The notes under the pieces: model-generated
Databases searched by the model: none
Seen by the model: only the letters and a program-made list of their open reading frames with translations
Told to the model about the DNA's origin: nothing
Shown here: piece by piece, positions 26,573-37,650 of the stretch
Position numbering within the stretch: the first letter of the stretch is position 1
Layout: every line of letters begins with the position of its first letter
Source: an uncultured Arcobacteraceae bacterium
Lineage (GTDB): Bacteria; Campylobacterota; Campylobacteria; Campylobacterales; Arcobacteraceae
Direction of reading: 5' to 3'
NCBI GenBank assembly: GCA_964022095.1
Contig: CAXHZO010000017.1
Location: forward strand, 1-51,837
Length of the DNA: 51,837 nucleotides
Position numbers and translations under genes: made by a program

Positions 26573-27631
26573 GTGGGTACTATAACTTTTCTATTAGTTT
26601 TATCATTTTTAGTATTTTTTCATGAGTTAGGACATTTCTTAGCAGCAAGATTTTTTGGTGTAAAAGTTCATGTTTTTTCAATTGGATTTGGAAAGAGAAT
26701 TTTCGCAAAAGAGTGGAAAGGTACAACTTGGCAGTTTGCATTAATTCCACTTGGTGGATATGTTCAAATGAAAGGTCAAGACGACACAAAACCAGGTCTT
26801 GTTGAAGAAGGCAATGATTCATACAATACAAAAAGACCTTGGCAAAGAATAGTTATACTTTTTGCAGGACCTTTTGCAAACTTCATACTTGCAGCAATTT
26901 TATATTTTGCAATTGCAATTATGGGAGCTACAACATTAGCACCTCAAGTTGGAAAAGTTCAAGAAAACTCTCCTGCATTTAAAGCAGGTATTTTAGCAAA
27001 AGATGAAATTATCAAGATTAATAATACACAAATAAAATCATGGGAAGATATAGGTAAATTTATCGTTGGTAGTGAAGGTTCACTTAAATTTTTCATTAAA
27101 AGAGATGGTAAATTAATTGCAAAAACCATTAATCCTTATATCTCTGATAGTGAAAATATGTTTAGAGAAAAAATCAAAAAAAGAATGATTGGTATTTCTC
27201 CATCAGGGAAAATTGTAAACCTAGAACTTTCATTTGGTGAATCTTTAGTTTATGCATATGAAAAAACTATTTTTGCTTCAACAATGATTTTTCAAGGTGT
27301 TCAAAAACTTATTCAAGGTGTTATTCCAAGTAGTGAAATTGGTGGAGTAATTACAATTGGAAAAGTAATATCAGATGCAAGTCAATCAAGTATTATTGCA
27401 CTATTTGCAATAACTGCTTTAATATCAGTTAACTTGGGAGTTTTAAACTTACTTCCTATTCCAGCACTTGATGGTGGACATATTATGTTTAACCTATATG
27501 AAATGATAGTAAGAAAAAAACCTAGTGATCAAGTTTTTATGTTTTTAACTATTATGGGTTGGGTGATTTTAGGAAGTTTAATGCTTCTTGGAATCTATAA
27601 TGATATTAATAGAATATTTTTAAAAGATTAA
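26573..27631 (+). CDS. rseP: RIP metalloprotease RseP
   Basis: HELGH, PDZ domain, NLLPIPALDGGH. Confidence 0.96.
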   Translation: MGTITFLLVLSFLVFFHELGHFLAARFFGVKVHVFSIGFGKRIFAKEWKGTTWQFALIPLGGYVQMKGQDDTKPGLVEEGNDSYNTKRPWQRIVILFAGPFANFILAAILYFAIAIMGATTLAPQVGKVQENSPAFKAGILAKDEIIKINNTQIKSWEDIGKFIVGSEGSLKFFIKRDGKLIAKTINPYISDSENMFREKIKKRMIGISPSGKIVNLELSFGESLVYAYEKTIFASTMIFQGVQKLIQGVIPSSEIGGVITIGKVISDASQSSIIALFAITALISVNLGVLNLLPIPALDGGHIMFNLYEMIVRKKPSDQVFMFLTIMGWVILGSLMLLGIYNDINRIFLKD

Positions 27632-27641
27632 AAGAGAATTT

Positions 27642-28322
27642 ATGGATAAACAAACTGCAACAAAAAATTTAGATACGTTAATTACAAAAGTTGAAGCTGC
27701 AAGATTAAGAGTTTCAGAGCATCATATTGTTAAAATGATTGGTGTTAGTAAATACTCATCTAGTGATGATGTAAAAACTTTATACCAAGCAGGTCAAAGA
27801 GCATTTGGTGAAAATAAAGTTCAAGATTTAAAAGAAAAAATAAATGACCTTGAAGAGTTACCATTAGAGTGGCATTTCATTGGAAGATTACAAAAAAATA
27901 AAATCAATAATTTAATTGATTTAAACCCTACTTTAATTCAATCTATTGACTCGCTTGAATTAGCTCAAGAATTAAATAAAAAACTTGAAGCAAAAGGGAA
28001 AAAACTAAGTGCCCTACTTCAAATAAACTCTGCAAAAGAAGATAGTAAATCTGGTGTTATGCCAGAAGTTGCAGTTGAAGTGTACAAAGAGATTTTAGAA
28101 AAATGCCCAAATATAAGACTAAAAGGTGTTATGAGTATTGGAGCACATACAGAAGATACAAATATCATAAAAGAGTCTTTTAAAACTACTAAAAAGATAT
28201 TTGACGAACTATCACCTCTTGGGGCTAAATATTGTTCTATGGGAATGAGCAATGATTATGAACTTGCCATTGCATGTGGTTCAAATATGATCAGAGTTGG
28301 CTCTACATTATTTAAAAACTAG
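27642..28322 (+). CDS. yggS: PLP homeostasis protein YggS
   Basis: VSKY, FGENKVQ, WHFIGRLQ.NK, SMGMS.D, RVGS. Confidence 0.95.
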   Translation: MDKQTATKNLDTLITKVEAARLRVSEHHIVKMIGVSKYSSSDDVKTLYQAGQRAFGENKVQDLKEKINDLEELPLEWHFIGRLQKNKINNLIDLNPTLIQSIDSLELAQELNKKLEAKGKKLSALLQINSAKEDSKSGVMPEVAVEVYKEILEKCPNIRLKGVMSIGAHTEDTNIIKESFKTTKKIFDELSPLGAKYCSMGMSNDYELAIACGSNMIRVGSTLFKN

Positions 28323-28358
28323 GATATAATTCCATATTAACTTTATAAAAGAAGAAAT

Positions 28359-29888
28359 ATGGAAAACCAAGAACAAATAGATAAAATTGAATTAGTTTAC
28401 TTAAAAAAACAAGATCATCTTGATATCGTAAAACTTATGGAAGATGAGTATAGATATCTTGATGATTCTACTTGGACTCAAGAAGAGTTCTACTCTCTAA
28501 TAGATAAATACCCAAAAGGTCAAGTTGCGATCAAAGTAAATGACAATCTTGCAGGTTTTGCACTAAGCATTATTGTTGATTATAATAAATTTGATGACTC
28601 TCATAGCTACAAAGAAATTACTGGTAATTATAGTTTTGATACACATGATGATGAAGGGAATATGCTTTATGGTGTTGATGTATTTATTAATAAAAAATTT
28701 AGAGGCTTAAGGCTTGGTAGAAGACTTTATGAGTTTAGAAAAGAGCTTTGTGAAGAGGAAAACTTACAAGGTATTATCTTTGGAGGTAGAATTCCAAATT
28801 ATGCAAAATATGCCAATGAAATTTCACCCAAAGAGTATATACAAAAAGTCAAATCTAGAGAAATATATGACCCTGTTTTAAACTTCCAACTTTCAAATGA
28901 TTTTTATGTAAAAAGAGTAATTAAAAATTATCTTGAGGGTGATATTGCAAGTAAAGAGTATGCTTGCTTATTAAGGTGGGATAATATTTATTATACTAAA
29001 CCAACAAAAAAACCAATGGCTGAAAAATCTGTAATTAGACTTGGATTAATACAATGGCAAGTAAGACCATATAAAAATATTGAAGAAGTACTTGAACAAG
29101 CTGAATACTTTGTAAAATCAGTATCATCATATAGAAGTGATTTTGCACTATTTCCTGAGTTTTTCAATGCTCCATTAATGGCTAAATATAATCATTTAAG
29201 TGAAGCAGATGCAATTAGAGAACTTGCAAAATATACTCCTCAATTTAAAGATGAGTTTTCAAAACTTGCAATTACTTATAATATAAATATTATCACGGGA
29301 AGCATGCCTGAACTTGTAAATGGGAATTTATACAATGTCGGATTTTTATGTAAAAGAGATGGAACAATTGAGAGGTATGCAAAAGTTCACGTAACTCCTG
29401 ATGAAGAAAAAGTTTGGGGATTAAAAGGTTCAAATGAAATTAGAACTTTTGATACAGACTGTGGAAAAATTGGAATATTAATTTGTTATGATTCAGAGTT
29501 TCCTGAGCTTAGTCGACTTCTTGCAAAAGATGGTATGAATATATTATTTGTGCCATTTTTAACTGATACTCAAAATGGGTATTCAAGAGTTAGATTATGT
29601 GCACAAGCTAGAGCTGTTGAAAATGAGTGTTATGTAGCAATTGCTGGTTGTGTGGGTAACTTACCAAAGGTTGCTAATATGGACATACAATATGCACAAT
29701 CAGCAGTATTTACACCATGTGATTTTGCATTTCCTGCAAATGGAATAAAAGCAGAATCAACACCAAATACGGAAATGATTTTAATAGCAGATGTAGATTT
29801 ATCTTTATTAAATGAATTGCATAATATTGGAAGTGTAAATAATCTAAAAGATAGAAGAACTGATATTTATGATGTGATTAGAAAGTAA
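28359..29888 (+). CDS. Bifunctional GNAT / carbon-nitrogen hydrolase
   Basis: FRGLRLGRRLY GNAT motif; nitrilase triad PEFF, YAKVH, ICYD. Confidence 0.9.
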   Translation: MENQEQIDKIELVYLKKQDHLDIVKLMEDEYRYLDDSTWTQEEFYSLIDKYPKGQVAIKVNDNLAGFALSIIVDYNKFDDSHSYKEITGNYSFDTHDDEGNMLYGVDVFINKKFRGLRLGRRLYEFRKELCEEENLQGIIFGGRIPNYAKYANEISPKEYIQKVKSREIYDPVLNFQLSNDFYVKRVIKNYLEGDIASKEYACLLRWDNIYYTKPTKKPMAEKSVIRLGLIQWQVRPYKNIEEVLEQAEYFVKSVSSYRSDFALFPEFFNAPLMAKYNHLSEADAIRELAKYTPQFKDEFSKLAITYNINIITGSMPELVNGNLYNVGFLCKRDGTIERYAKVHVTPDEEKVWGLKGSNEIRTFDTDCGKIGILICYDSEFPELSRLLAKDGMNILFVPFLTDTQNGYSRVRLCAQARAVENECYVAIAGCVGNLPKVANMDIQYAQSAVFTPCDFAFPANGIKAESTPNTEMILIADVDLSLLNELHNIGSVNNLKDRRTDIYDVIRK

Positions 29889-29905
29889 GAGTTTAACTCT
29901 TACTT
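29883..29905. terminator. Hairpin between convergent genes
   Basis: AAGTAAGAGT-TTA-ACTCTTACTT. Confidence 0.5.
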
Positions 29906-30691
29906 ACAAGCATTTTTAAATGATTTTAACTCTTCTTCAATTGAAGGAACTCTCATGAAATGTTCACCAATTAAAAATGCATCCGCACCTATTTCGCTAA
30001 GATTTTTAATAATCTCAGTATTACTAACTCCGCTTTCTGCAACAATAATTTTGCCATTAGGAATAAGTGGAATTAACTTTTCACATAAAGTCATATCCAT
30101 TTGCATTGTCTCTAAATTTCTGTGATTTATTCCAATAATAGTTGCTCCACATTTAATAGCTTTTGTTAAGTCTTCTTTATCATGAACTTCAACTAAAACT
30201 TCTAAACCTAAATAAATAGCATAATCATATAACTCTTTTAACTCTTTTGTTCCAAGTGATTTTGCAATAAGTAAAATAAAATCTGCACCATATACTAATG
30301 CTTCTACTATTTGATACTTATCTAAAATAAAATCTTTTCTAAGTAATGGAGTTGGTACATATCTTCTAATACCACTTAAGTAATCTAAACTACCTTTAAA
30401 ATAATGAGGTTCAGTCAATACTGAAATTGCATTTGCACCATTATGACTGTACTCTTGAGCTATTTTTAAAGGATCAAAATCCTCTTTTATAATTCCCTTT
30501 GAAGGACTAGCTTTCTTAACTTCTGCAATAATTCTTACTGGCTCTTCTTTAGTAGATGTCAAAAATGGTTTAACATCCCTTGGCTGATATGGATTTGAAG
30601 ACAAACTTCTTCCTAGCAAATCTAAAGGCATATCTTTTTTTCTTTTTTCTAAATCTTCTAATGTTCTTTTATTTATTTCATCTAAAATCAC
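29900..30691 (-). CDS. trpC: Indole-3-glycerol phosphate synthase
   Basis: [27 protein letters not shown]. Confidence 0.97.
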   Translation of the reverse strand: MILDEINKRTLEDLEKRKKDMPLDLLGRSLSSNPYQPRDVKPFLTSTKEEPVRIIAEVKKASPSKGIIKEDFDPLKIAQEYSHNGANAISVLTEPHYFKGSLDYLSGIRRYVPTPLLRKDFILDKYQIVEALVYGADFILLIAKSLGTKELKELYDYAIYLGLEVLVEVHDKEDLTKAIKCGATIIGINHRNLETMQMDMTLCEKLIPLIPNGKIIVAESGVSNTEIIKNLSEIGADAFLIGEHFMRVPSIEEELKSFKNACK

Positions 30692-32007
30692 TTACTACAC
30701 TCCTTGATTCTTTCCCAATGTAATTTTACTTCACTATCTTCTAATCCTACCTCATCAACTACTTTTTTCATTAAGTTGTACGCATTAGAACAATTTTTTA
30801 ATTTGTATTCACCCCATGCTAAAGTATCTATGTATGCATAATTATTTGGTTCTTCTTTTAAAGCTTTATTAACAAGCTTAATTCCCTTATTTACATCAAT
30901 ATCATAATCAATTAATATATATGCTAAATAGTTCTCAAAAACATGATTTGACACATTTTCTAAAGTTTTCTCGAATTTTACTATAACAGAGTTTAAAACA
31001 CTTTGTTTATTCTCATTCATCTCAAATTCTAAAATTGCAATTTCACCTAAGTAATTATAATCATTAGTTTCACTAAACATCTTTTTTAATAATAAAGATG
31101 CCTCATCCAACTTATTAGCACTTTTATATAAACTCAATAAGATATTATCACTTTCATTATTTTGTTTTACAAATTGTATTGCTTTATTAATATCTTTTTG
31201 AACTAAATATCTTAAAAGAAGATCTCTAACTTTTATATTTAGAACATGCTTCTTTTCTGTTTTGTATTTATCATATAACTTTGTTAATAAATTTAATACT
31301 TTTTCATTTTCTTTATCTTTTTCATAAAAAGTAAGTAACTGTAAAGATAAGCCATAATGATATCCATTTGCTTCAATATATTTTTCTATTTTTCTTTTTG
31401 CTGATTGTTTTTTATTTAAGTAATAATATTCAACATTTGTTAATGTAAGTAAAGTTCTTCCTGAATTATTTAATGTATATGAATTTTCAAACTCTCTATA
31501 AGCATTGTTATATTTCTTTGCTTCTAAATATATACTTCCTAATAATTCATAATTAACTTCACTAGGTGATATTTTCAATACTCTTTTTGCAAAATATATT
31601 GATTCTTCTATCTTATTCATTCTCATTAATGAGAATGAATAAACTCTTAATATAGACTCTTCTTGTCTGATACCTTTCATTTGCTCTAATACACTAGGGT
31701 TAAGAGCATCACTAACACCTTTGTAATCTTTTTGGTGAAAAGCCAAAGAAACAAACTTTTCTAAATACTCATAATTATTTGTATTTATAAATAACTTTTT
31801 ATAGATAGCTTTTGCTTTTGAATATTGACCTTGATTCTCATACTCTAATGCAAACATAATATATGATGTATCATATGGATAATATTTTGTTTTAACAGTT
31901 TTATAGTTTGTTGGCTCTTCAACTTTTAAGTTTATTGAATTATCACTACAAGCTGTAAATGAAATTAATAATAAACTAAAAACTAAAGAGTTTTTATAGC
32001 TGGACAC
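30688..32007 (-). CDS. TPR-repeat lipoprotein
   Basis: Lipobox FTAC, helical repeats, NYLAY...[10 protein letters not shown]. Confidence 0.8.
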   Translation of the reverse strand: MSSYKNSLVFSLLLISFTACSDNSINLKVEEPTNYKTVKTKYYPYDTSYIMFALEYENQGQYSKAKAIYKKLFINTNNYEYLEKFVSLAFHQKDYKGVSDALNPSVLEQMKGIRQEESILRVYSFSLMRMNKIEESIYFAKRVLKISPSEVNYELLGSIYLEAKKYNNAYREFENSYTLNNSGRTLLTLTNVEYYYLNKKQSAKRKIEKYIEANGYHYGLSLQLLTFYEKDKENEKVLNLLTKLYDKYKTEKKHVLNIKVRDLLLRYLVQKDINKAIQFVKQNNESDNILLSLYKSANKLDEASLLLKKMFSETNDYNYLGEIAILEFEMNENKQSVLNSVIVKFEKTLENVSNHVFENYLAYILIDYDIDVNKGIKLVNKALKEEPNNYAYIDTLAWGEYKLKNCSNAYNLMKKVVDEVGLEDSEVKLHWERIKECSK

Positions 32008-32366
32008 TCTTTAACCACCTCATCAATATTTTCTTTAAAATAGTCCCAAAAAGGAAACGTTCTACACTGTTTTGGTCTAACATTATAAATGGAACATTGT
32101 TTTTTATCTAAATCAAAAAAACAACATGCATAATTGTCTTTACTTAATTGTACCTCTTTTATACTATATTTGTAAGAGATCTTGTTTAAATATTTTACTT
32201 TTAAATCTTCAGTACTAAGTTTTAAATGTAAAGCTAAAGCTTCAATTTCTGTTGGATTAATCCAAATATATCCACTTTCACCAATACAGCAATTACCAGC
32301 ACAGCTATCACAGCCTTTAGGGTTAAATGCAAAATTAAAACCATCTTTTTTTACTAAATTATCCAA
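31983..32366 (-). CDS. YkgJ-family cysteine-cluster protein
   Basis: CxxCxGxCC, CSIY..RP.QCRTFPFW. Confidence 0.88.
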   Translation of the reverse strand: MDNLVKKDGFNFAFNPKGCDSCAGNCCIGESGYIWINPTEIEALALHLKLSTEDLKVKYLNKISYKYSIKEVQLSKDNYACCFFDLDKKQCSIYNVRPKQCRTFPFWDYFKENIDEVVKECPAIKTL

Positions 32367-33075
32367 CTTCTACCTTTATACTGTGTGTTCCACACTTTTT
32401 ATAAATCTCTTGTACACTATTTGTAAAATCTCCATTTTCATCAAATGCAATTAAAGGATTTAAAATTTTAGTTAATGACTTTGAATCTTTTCTAGCATAT
32501 ACTAAAACTAATGTAGCTTCTTTACTTTGTTTAGGATGAAGAAATTGTAAAGCTTCTAAATTAAATTTGTATTTACTTAATAATAGTAGTATCTCATTTA
32601 TTTGTTTCACATCGTAACAGAAAAAGAACTTACCTCTATTATTCAAAATTCCTGCACTTTTTTTGATAAATACTTCTAAAGGCAAAGAATCATTATACCT
32701 TGCAATCTTTAGATTTTTGTTCTCACTTTTGACAACATTGCTATGATAAAAAGGAGGATTTGAAACACAAATATCAAACTTTTTGTCAAACTGTAAATCT
32801 AAAAAAGAACCTTTATATAAATTGTTTTTTAAATTATTAGTTTCAGAATTTTTTGTACTTAAAAATTGAAACTCTTCTTGCAATTCTACTTGGTTTAAAT
32901 TTAGATGTTCAAACTCTCTTGAAACGAGTAATCCCAATATTCCACTACCACTACCAATATCTAATAACTCACCTTTTACATTTTTAAACTTTTTTAAATT
33001 TTCACATATAAAATTAAATAAAAAATGAGTATCACTATTATAACAATAACCATTAAGAGGTTGATATAAAACCAA
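32359..33075 (-). CDS. tRNA1(Val) adenine-N6 methyltransferase-like protein
   Basis: LDIGSGSG SAM motif, NPPFY, ARY. Confidence 0.82.
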   Translation of the reverse strand: MVLYQPLNGYCYNSDTHFLFNFICENLKKFKNVKGELLDIGSGSGILGLLVSREFEHLNLNQVELQEEFQFLSTKNSETNNLKNNLYKGSFLDLQFDKKFDICVSNPPFYHSNVVKSENKNLKIARYNDSLPLEVFIKKSAGILNNRGKFFFCYDVKQINEILLLLSKYKFNLEALQFLHPKQSKEATLVLVYARKDSKSLTKILNPLIAFDENGDFTNSVQEIYKKCGTHSIKVEVG

Positions 33076-33360
33076 ACAATTTCCTTTGATAAATTTATAT
33101 ATTATATCTAAGTAAGATAAATATGCCTTTTAAAGCTTTTCTTAGCTAATTCTTAAGTTAAAAAACTAGTTTAAACAAGTAAGTAAAACTTATATATTTT
33201 TAAGGGCAGATTGTTCTTGTATCGAAATGTAACATGGTCAAAATTAAGTGCATAAATTGGGGGATTTATTTTTTAATTAGATGTTAGATAGGTTATCATT
33301 CAACAATAATATATTGAGTTTAATCAATTATTCATATCAACAAAAAAATAAGGGGATATT

Positions 33361-33687
33361 ATGTCTAATATGGAAGCTCCTGCTAACACACCTGTTTGGG
33401 TTAACGAAGATAGATGTAAAGCATGTGATAAGTGTGTATCTGTTTGTCCAGCTGGCGTACTTGCAATGAGACAAGAGGTTACTTCAACTTTAGGTTCTAT
33501 GATTAAAGTAGTTCATCCAGATTCATGTATTGGGTGTACAGACTGTGAATTAGCATGTCCAGATTTTGCAATCTATGTTGCAGACAGAAAAGAGTTTAAA
33601 TTTGCTAAATTATCAGATGAAGCAAAAGATAGAAAAGAGAGAGTTATTAAGAATAACTTCAGAATTTTAGATGAAGATGAGGCGTAA
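33361..33687 (+). CDS. oorD: 2-oxoglutarate:acceptor oxidoreductase delta (ferredoxin) subunit
   Basis: Two CxxCxxCxxxCP motifs; first gene of the operon. Confidence 0.92.
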   Translation: MSNMEAPANTPVWVNEDRCKACDKCVSVCPAGVLAMRQEVTSTLGSMIKVVHPDSCIGCTDCELACPDFAIYVADRKEFKFAKLSDEAKDRKERVIKNNFRILDEDEA

Positions 33688-33696
33688 GGAGAATTA

Positions 33697-34827
33697 ATGG
33701 CAAGAGAAGTAATTTCAACAGGTAATGAATTAGCAGCAAAAGCTGCACTTGACTCTGGTGTTGAGTTTTTTGGTGGTTATCCAATTACTCCTTCATCTGA
33801 AATAATGCATGTTTTATCTTCTGCACTTCCAGAAAGAGGTCATGCATGTATTCAAATGGAAGATGAAATTTCTGGTATTTGTACAGCTTTAGGTGCTGCA
33901 ATGTCAGGAAAGAGATCAATGACAGCTTCTTCAGGACCTGGTATTTCTTTAAAAGCAGAAAACTTAGGTGTAGGATATATTTCAGAAGTTCCATTAGTTG
34001 TAGTTAATGTAATGAGAGGTGGTCCATCAACTGGTTTACCAACAAGAGTTGCTCAAGGTGACTTATTACAAGCTAAAAACCCAACTCATGGAGATGTAAA
34101 ATCAATTACATTATGTCCAGGTAACTTAAGTGAGTGTTATACAGAAACTGTAAGAGCATTTAACTTAGCTGATAGATTTATGCAACCTGTATTTATTTTA
34201 TTAGATGAAACTATTGGTCATATGAGTGGTAGAGCTTCAATCCCTGAACTAGAAGAAGTAGAAGAATCTAAAATCTCTAGAAAAAGATTTGATGGAGATA
34301 AAAAAGATTATAAACCATATGAAGTTGCAGCAGATGAGCCAGCAGTATTAAATCCAATGTTTGAAGGATATAGATATCACTTCACAGGATTACACCATGG
34401 ACCAACTGGTCACCCAACAGAAGATGCAGATACTTGTGATGCTTTAATGAAAAGATTATTCAACAAAGTAGATGCACATTTAGATGAAGTAGAATTAAAT
34501 GAAGAGTACATGTTAGATGACGCTGATATTATGATTATTGCATATGGTTCAGTTTCATTAGGTGTAACAGAAGCAATTAATAGATTAAGAGCAGAAGGTA
34601 TCAAAGTTGGTATGTTTAGACCATTAACAATTTGGCCAAGTCCTGCTGATAGAATTAAAGAATTAATGGGTAAATTTGACAAAGTATTAGTTGCTGAGTT
34701 AAATATGGGTCAATTTGCTGACGAAGTACAAAGAGCTTCTGGAAGAAGTGATTTTGATACTTTATTCAAAGTAAATGGTAGACCATTATCTCCATTAGAG
34801 ATTATTGAAAAAGTGAAAGGAATGTAA
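33697..34827 (+). CDS. oorA: 2-oxoglutarate:acceptor oxidoreductase alpha subunit
   Basis: GYPITPSSE, QMEDE, SSGPG, RGGPSTGLPT. Confidence 0.94.
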   Translation: MAREVISTGNELAAKAALDSGVEFFGGYPITPSSEIMHVLSSALPERGHACIQMEDEISGICTALGAAMSGKRSMTASSGPGISLKAENLGVGYISEVPLVVVNVMRGGPSTGLPTRVAQGDLLQAKNPTHGDVKSITLCPGNLSECYTETVRAFNLADRFMQPVFILLDETIGHMSGRASIPELEEVEESKISRKRFDGDKKDYKPYEVAADEPAVLNPMFEGYRYHFTGLHHGPTGHPTEDADTCDALMKRLFNKVDAHLDEVELNEEYMLDDADIMIIAYGSVSLGVTEAINRLRAEGIKVGMFRPLTIWPSPADRIKELMGKFDKVLVAELNMGQFADEVQRASGRSDFDTLFKVNGRPLSPLEIIEKVKGM

Positions 34828-34829
34828 TT

Positions 34830-35663
34830 ATGGCATTTAATTATGACGAATATTTAAGAACTGAAAAAATGCCAACACTATGGTGTTGGGGATGTGGTGA
34901 TGGTGTTATTTTAAAATCTGTAATTAGAGCCATTGACAAATTAGGATGGAACATGGACGAAGTTTGTGTTGTTTCTGGTATCGGTTGTTCAGGAAGATTC
35001 TCTTCTTACATCAACTGTAATACAGTACACACAACTCACGGTAGAACACTAGCATACGCAACTGGAATTAAATTAGCTAATCCAGATAAAAAAGTAATCG
35101 TTGTTGGTGGAGATGGTGATGGACTTGCAATTGGTGGTAACCATACAATTCACGCATCAAGAAGAAATATTGATTTAAATTACATTATTATCAATAACTT
35201 CATTTATGGATTAACTAACTCTCAAACAAGTCCTACTACTCCTCAAGGTATGTGGACAGTTACAATGAGTAGAGGTAATATTGACCCAACATTTGATGCT
35301 TGTAAGTTAGTTGAAGCAGCAGGTGCATCATTTGTAGCAAGAGAGACAATGTTAGATCCTAAGAAATTAGAAAGAACATTAGCTAAAGCCTTTGAACATA
35401 AAGGTTTCTCATTTGTTGAAGTATTCTCTAACTGTCACGTTAACTTAGGAAGAAAAAACAAAATGGCTACAGCAATGGCAAACTTAGAGTGGATTGATAA
35501 TATTTCATTAGCAAAAGCTAAATTTGAGAAATTAGAGCCTGAGGATCAAGTAGGAAAATTCCCAACAGGTGTATTAAAACACGATAAAGATGCTCAAGAG
35601 TACTGTGAAGCTTACGATAAAGTAAAAGAAGCTCACAAAAATAAAACAGCAGTTGAGCTATAA
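34830..35663 (+). CDS. oorB: 2-oxoglutarate:acceptor oxidoreductase beta subunit
   Basis: WCWGCG, SGIGCS, GDGD TPP-binding motif. Confidence 0.94.
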   Translation: MAFNYDEYLRTEKMPTLWCWGCGDGVILKSVIRAIDKLGWNMDEVCVVSGIGCSGRFSSYINCNTVHTTHGRTLAYATGIKLANPDKKVIVVGGDGDGLAIGGNHTIHASRRNIDLNYIIINNFIYGLTNSQTSPTTPQGMWTVTMSRGNIDPTFDACKLVEAAGASFVARETMLDPKKLERTLAKAFEHKGFSFVEVFSNCHVNLGRKNKMATAMANLEWIDNISLAKAKFEKLEPEDQVGKFPTGVLKHDKDAQEYCEAYDKVKEAHKNKTAVEL

Positions 35664-35678
35664 AAAGGAGTAATCATC

Positions 35679-36257
35679 ATGGCATCAAATAATAGAACAT
35701 TAATGAGATTTACAGGTGTAGGTGGACAAGGTGTACTTCTTGCAGGATCAATTTTTGCAGCTGCAAAAATCAACGTTGGTGGTTATGGTTTAAAAACTGC
35801 AACATATACATCTCAAGTTAGAGGTGGACCAACAGTTGTTGATATTACACTGCAAGATGATGAGATTTTATATCCTTATGCAAATGATGGTGAAATTGAT
35901 TTCATGTTATCAGTTGCAGATGTTTCATATCATCAATTCAAAGATGGTGTTAAAGAAGGTGGAACAATTGTAATTGAACCAAACTTAGTTAAACCAACTG
36001 ATGAAGATAGAAAAAGATGGAATATTGTAGAGATTTCTATTATTACTATTGCAAAAGAAGAAGTTGGAAATGTAATTACTCAATCTGTACTTGCATTAGC
36101 AATTGCTAATTACTTTACAGGTGATACAATTCCAGCTGAAAGTCTAAGAGAAACAATGCTATCAAAAGTACCTGCAAAAGTACATGATATTAATAATAAA
36201 GCATTTGACTTAGGTTACAAATACGCAAAAGAAGCTCAAGCAGCTCAAGCATCATAA
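35679..36257 (+). CDS. oorC: 2-oxoglutarate:acceptor oxidoreductase gamma subunit
   Basis: GVGGQG, YTSQVRGG. Confidence 0.93.
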   Translation: MASNNRTLMRFTGVGGQGVLLAGSIFAAAKINVGGYGLKTATYTSQVRGGPTVVDITLQDDEILYPYANDGEIDFMLSVADVSYHQFKDGVKEGGTIVIEPNLVKPTDEDRKRWNIVEISIITIAKEEVGNVITQSVLALAIANYFTGDTIPAESLRETMLSKVPAKVHDINNKAFDLGYKYAKEAQAAQAS

Positions 36258-36261
36258 TTAT

Positions 36262-36290
36262 TAATAAATAGGCAAAATGCCTATTTATTA
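36262..36290. terminator. Bidirectional terminator hairpin
   Basis: TAATAAATAGGCA-AAA-TGCCTATTTATTA between convergent genes. Confidence 0.7.
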
Positions 36291-36829
36291 TCTTCTAAAT
36301 ACTTTTCAAACTCTTTTATTTTTTCATTTAATCTATCAGCTAAATACACATTTGAATTTTTCAAACAAGAGTATATTAATTTTGAGTCTTTTATATAAGA
36401 CTCTATTTCATCTTCATCCCAAAATTCTGGTTCTACACATAAGTTATTGATTCTATCTGCTAATTTTATCATTTGAATTTCATAAGGTTGAGCCAATAAT
36501 CTTTCCATATTATCTTGAAATTGTTGCTTCTTATCTAGATCATAATTTTTACTTAAAGACTCTACTGCTTCAGCTATATCTAAACCAAAGTTATCAAAGA
36601 TATCATCATATGTAGTTCTTGTTTTTTCAAGTATGTCATGAAGTAAGGATACACTAATAGCAAAGTTTGTTTTTTCATCATCTATTTTTGATTCAATACT
36701 AGCATGAATAACCTCAGTCGTAACTCCAACTACATGAGTTATATATGGTAAGTCTTCAAATGTCACTTGCTTAGCGTGTGCTCTTGCTGCATATCTAAGT
36801 GTACGTGTATAATTATCTTGACAAAACAT
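36281..36829 (-). CDS. HD-domain protein, Mesh1/small alarmone hydrolase-like
   Basis: AARAH, PYITH, LLHD, IKLADRINNL. Confidence 0.82.
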   Translation of the reverse strand: MFCQDNYTRTLRYAARAHAKQVTFEDLPYITHVVGVTTEVIHASIESKIDDEKTNFAISVSLLHDILEKTRTTYDDIFDNFGLDIAEAVESLSKNYDLDKKQQFQDNMERLLAQPYEIQMIKLADRINNLCVEPEFWDEDEIESYIKDSKLIYSCLKNSNVYLADRLNEKIKEFEKYLEDNK

Positions 36830-37650
36830 TAGTTGTCCTTTTTAGCTTTAGGATTATTTATTATATTATCACTTTTAGAGAATTTTAGCAGATCTTCTGT
36901 TGTAACTATTTGACTTTTATCAATATTATTAAAACACTCTTTTAATACAATTGTTGTTGTTAATGCATCATAATAAGCTCTATGATGATTATCAACTTTT
37001 ATATCTAAAACTTCTTTTAAAGAACTCAGACCATATTTCTCAGATTTTATCGTTCTTTTTGCAAGATCAATTGTACATAATTTTCTATTTAGTAATTTTC
37101 CTAAATCAAACTTTTCAAAGGAATCTGAAATAAATGTATAATCAAATTTTATATCATGTGCTACAAATACATCATCTTCTAAAAATACTTTAAACTCTTG
37201 TAGTACTTTTTCTAATCTTGGAGCATTCACAAGCATTTTAGGTCTAATCTTTGTAACTTCTTGTACATAAGGAGGTATATCTTTTGCATAAACTAAAGAC
37301 TCAAACTTATCAATGATTTCACCATTTTTAATTTTGACTGCACCCAGTTCAATTATTTGGAAGCCTTTTTTGACAGAACCGCCATTTGTTTCAATATCAA
37401 CAATACAAAAAGTTTGTTCTTCAAGTTTTGACTTTGTTGTTTTTAAATATACATTATCATCATGAAAATCTAAAGGCAAGCCATTTGCAACTAGAAGCTC
37501 TAATTCTAGTTCTGGGTCATTAAAAAAACTATCACTACATTGGGATAGTTTTTCTAAAAACTCATCTATTAAGATAGGTTCTTTAATAAGTTGATTTATT
37601 AGTTTTTGTTGAGTAGCTCTTTGAGATACTGTTTTTCTATTTGATTTCAT
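36829..37650 (-). CDS. DEDDh 3'-5' exonuclease (DnaQ-like)
   Basis: VDIET, VAHD.KFD, HHRAYYDA. Confidence 0.9.
   Translation of the reverse strand: MKSNRKTVSQRATQQKLINQLIKEPILIDEFLEKLSQCSDSFFNDPELELELLVANGLPLDFHDDNVYLKTTKSKLEEQTFCIVDIETNGGSVKKGFQIIELGAVKIKNGEIIDKFESLVYAKDIPPYVQEVTKIRPKMLVNAPRLEKVLQEFKVFLEDDVFVAHDIKFDYTFISDSFEKFDLGKLLNRKLCTIDLAKRTIKSEKYGLSSLKEVLDIKVDNHHRAYYDALTTTIVLKECFNNIDKSQIVTTEDLLKFSKSDNIINNPKAKKDN

Noticed and set aside
33076-33360. ncRNA or small ORF (33281..33469) upstream of oorD
   Set aside because: No recognisable RNA structure; the ORF overlaps oorD out of frame. Best explained as a divergent promoter region.
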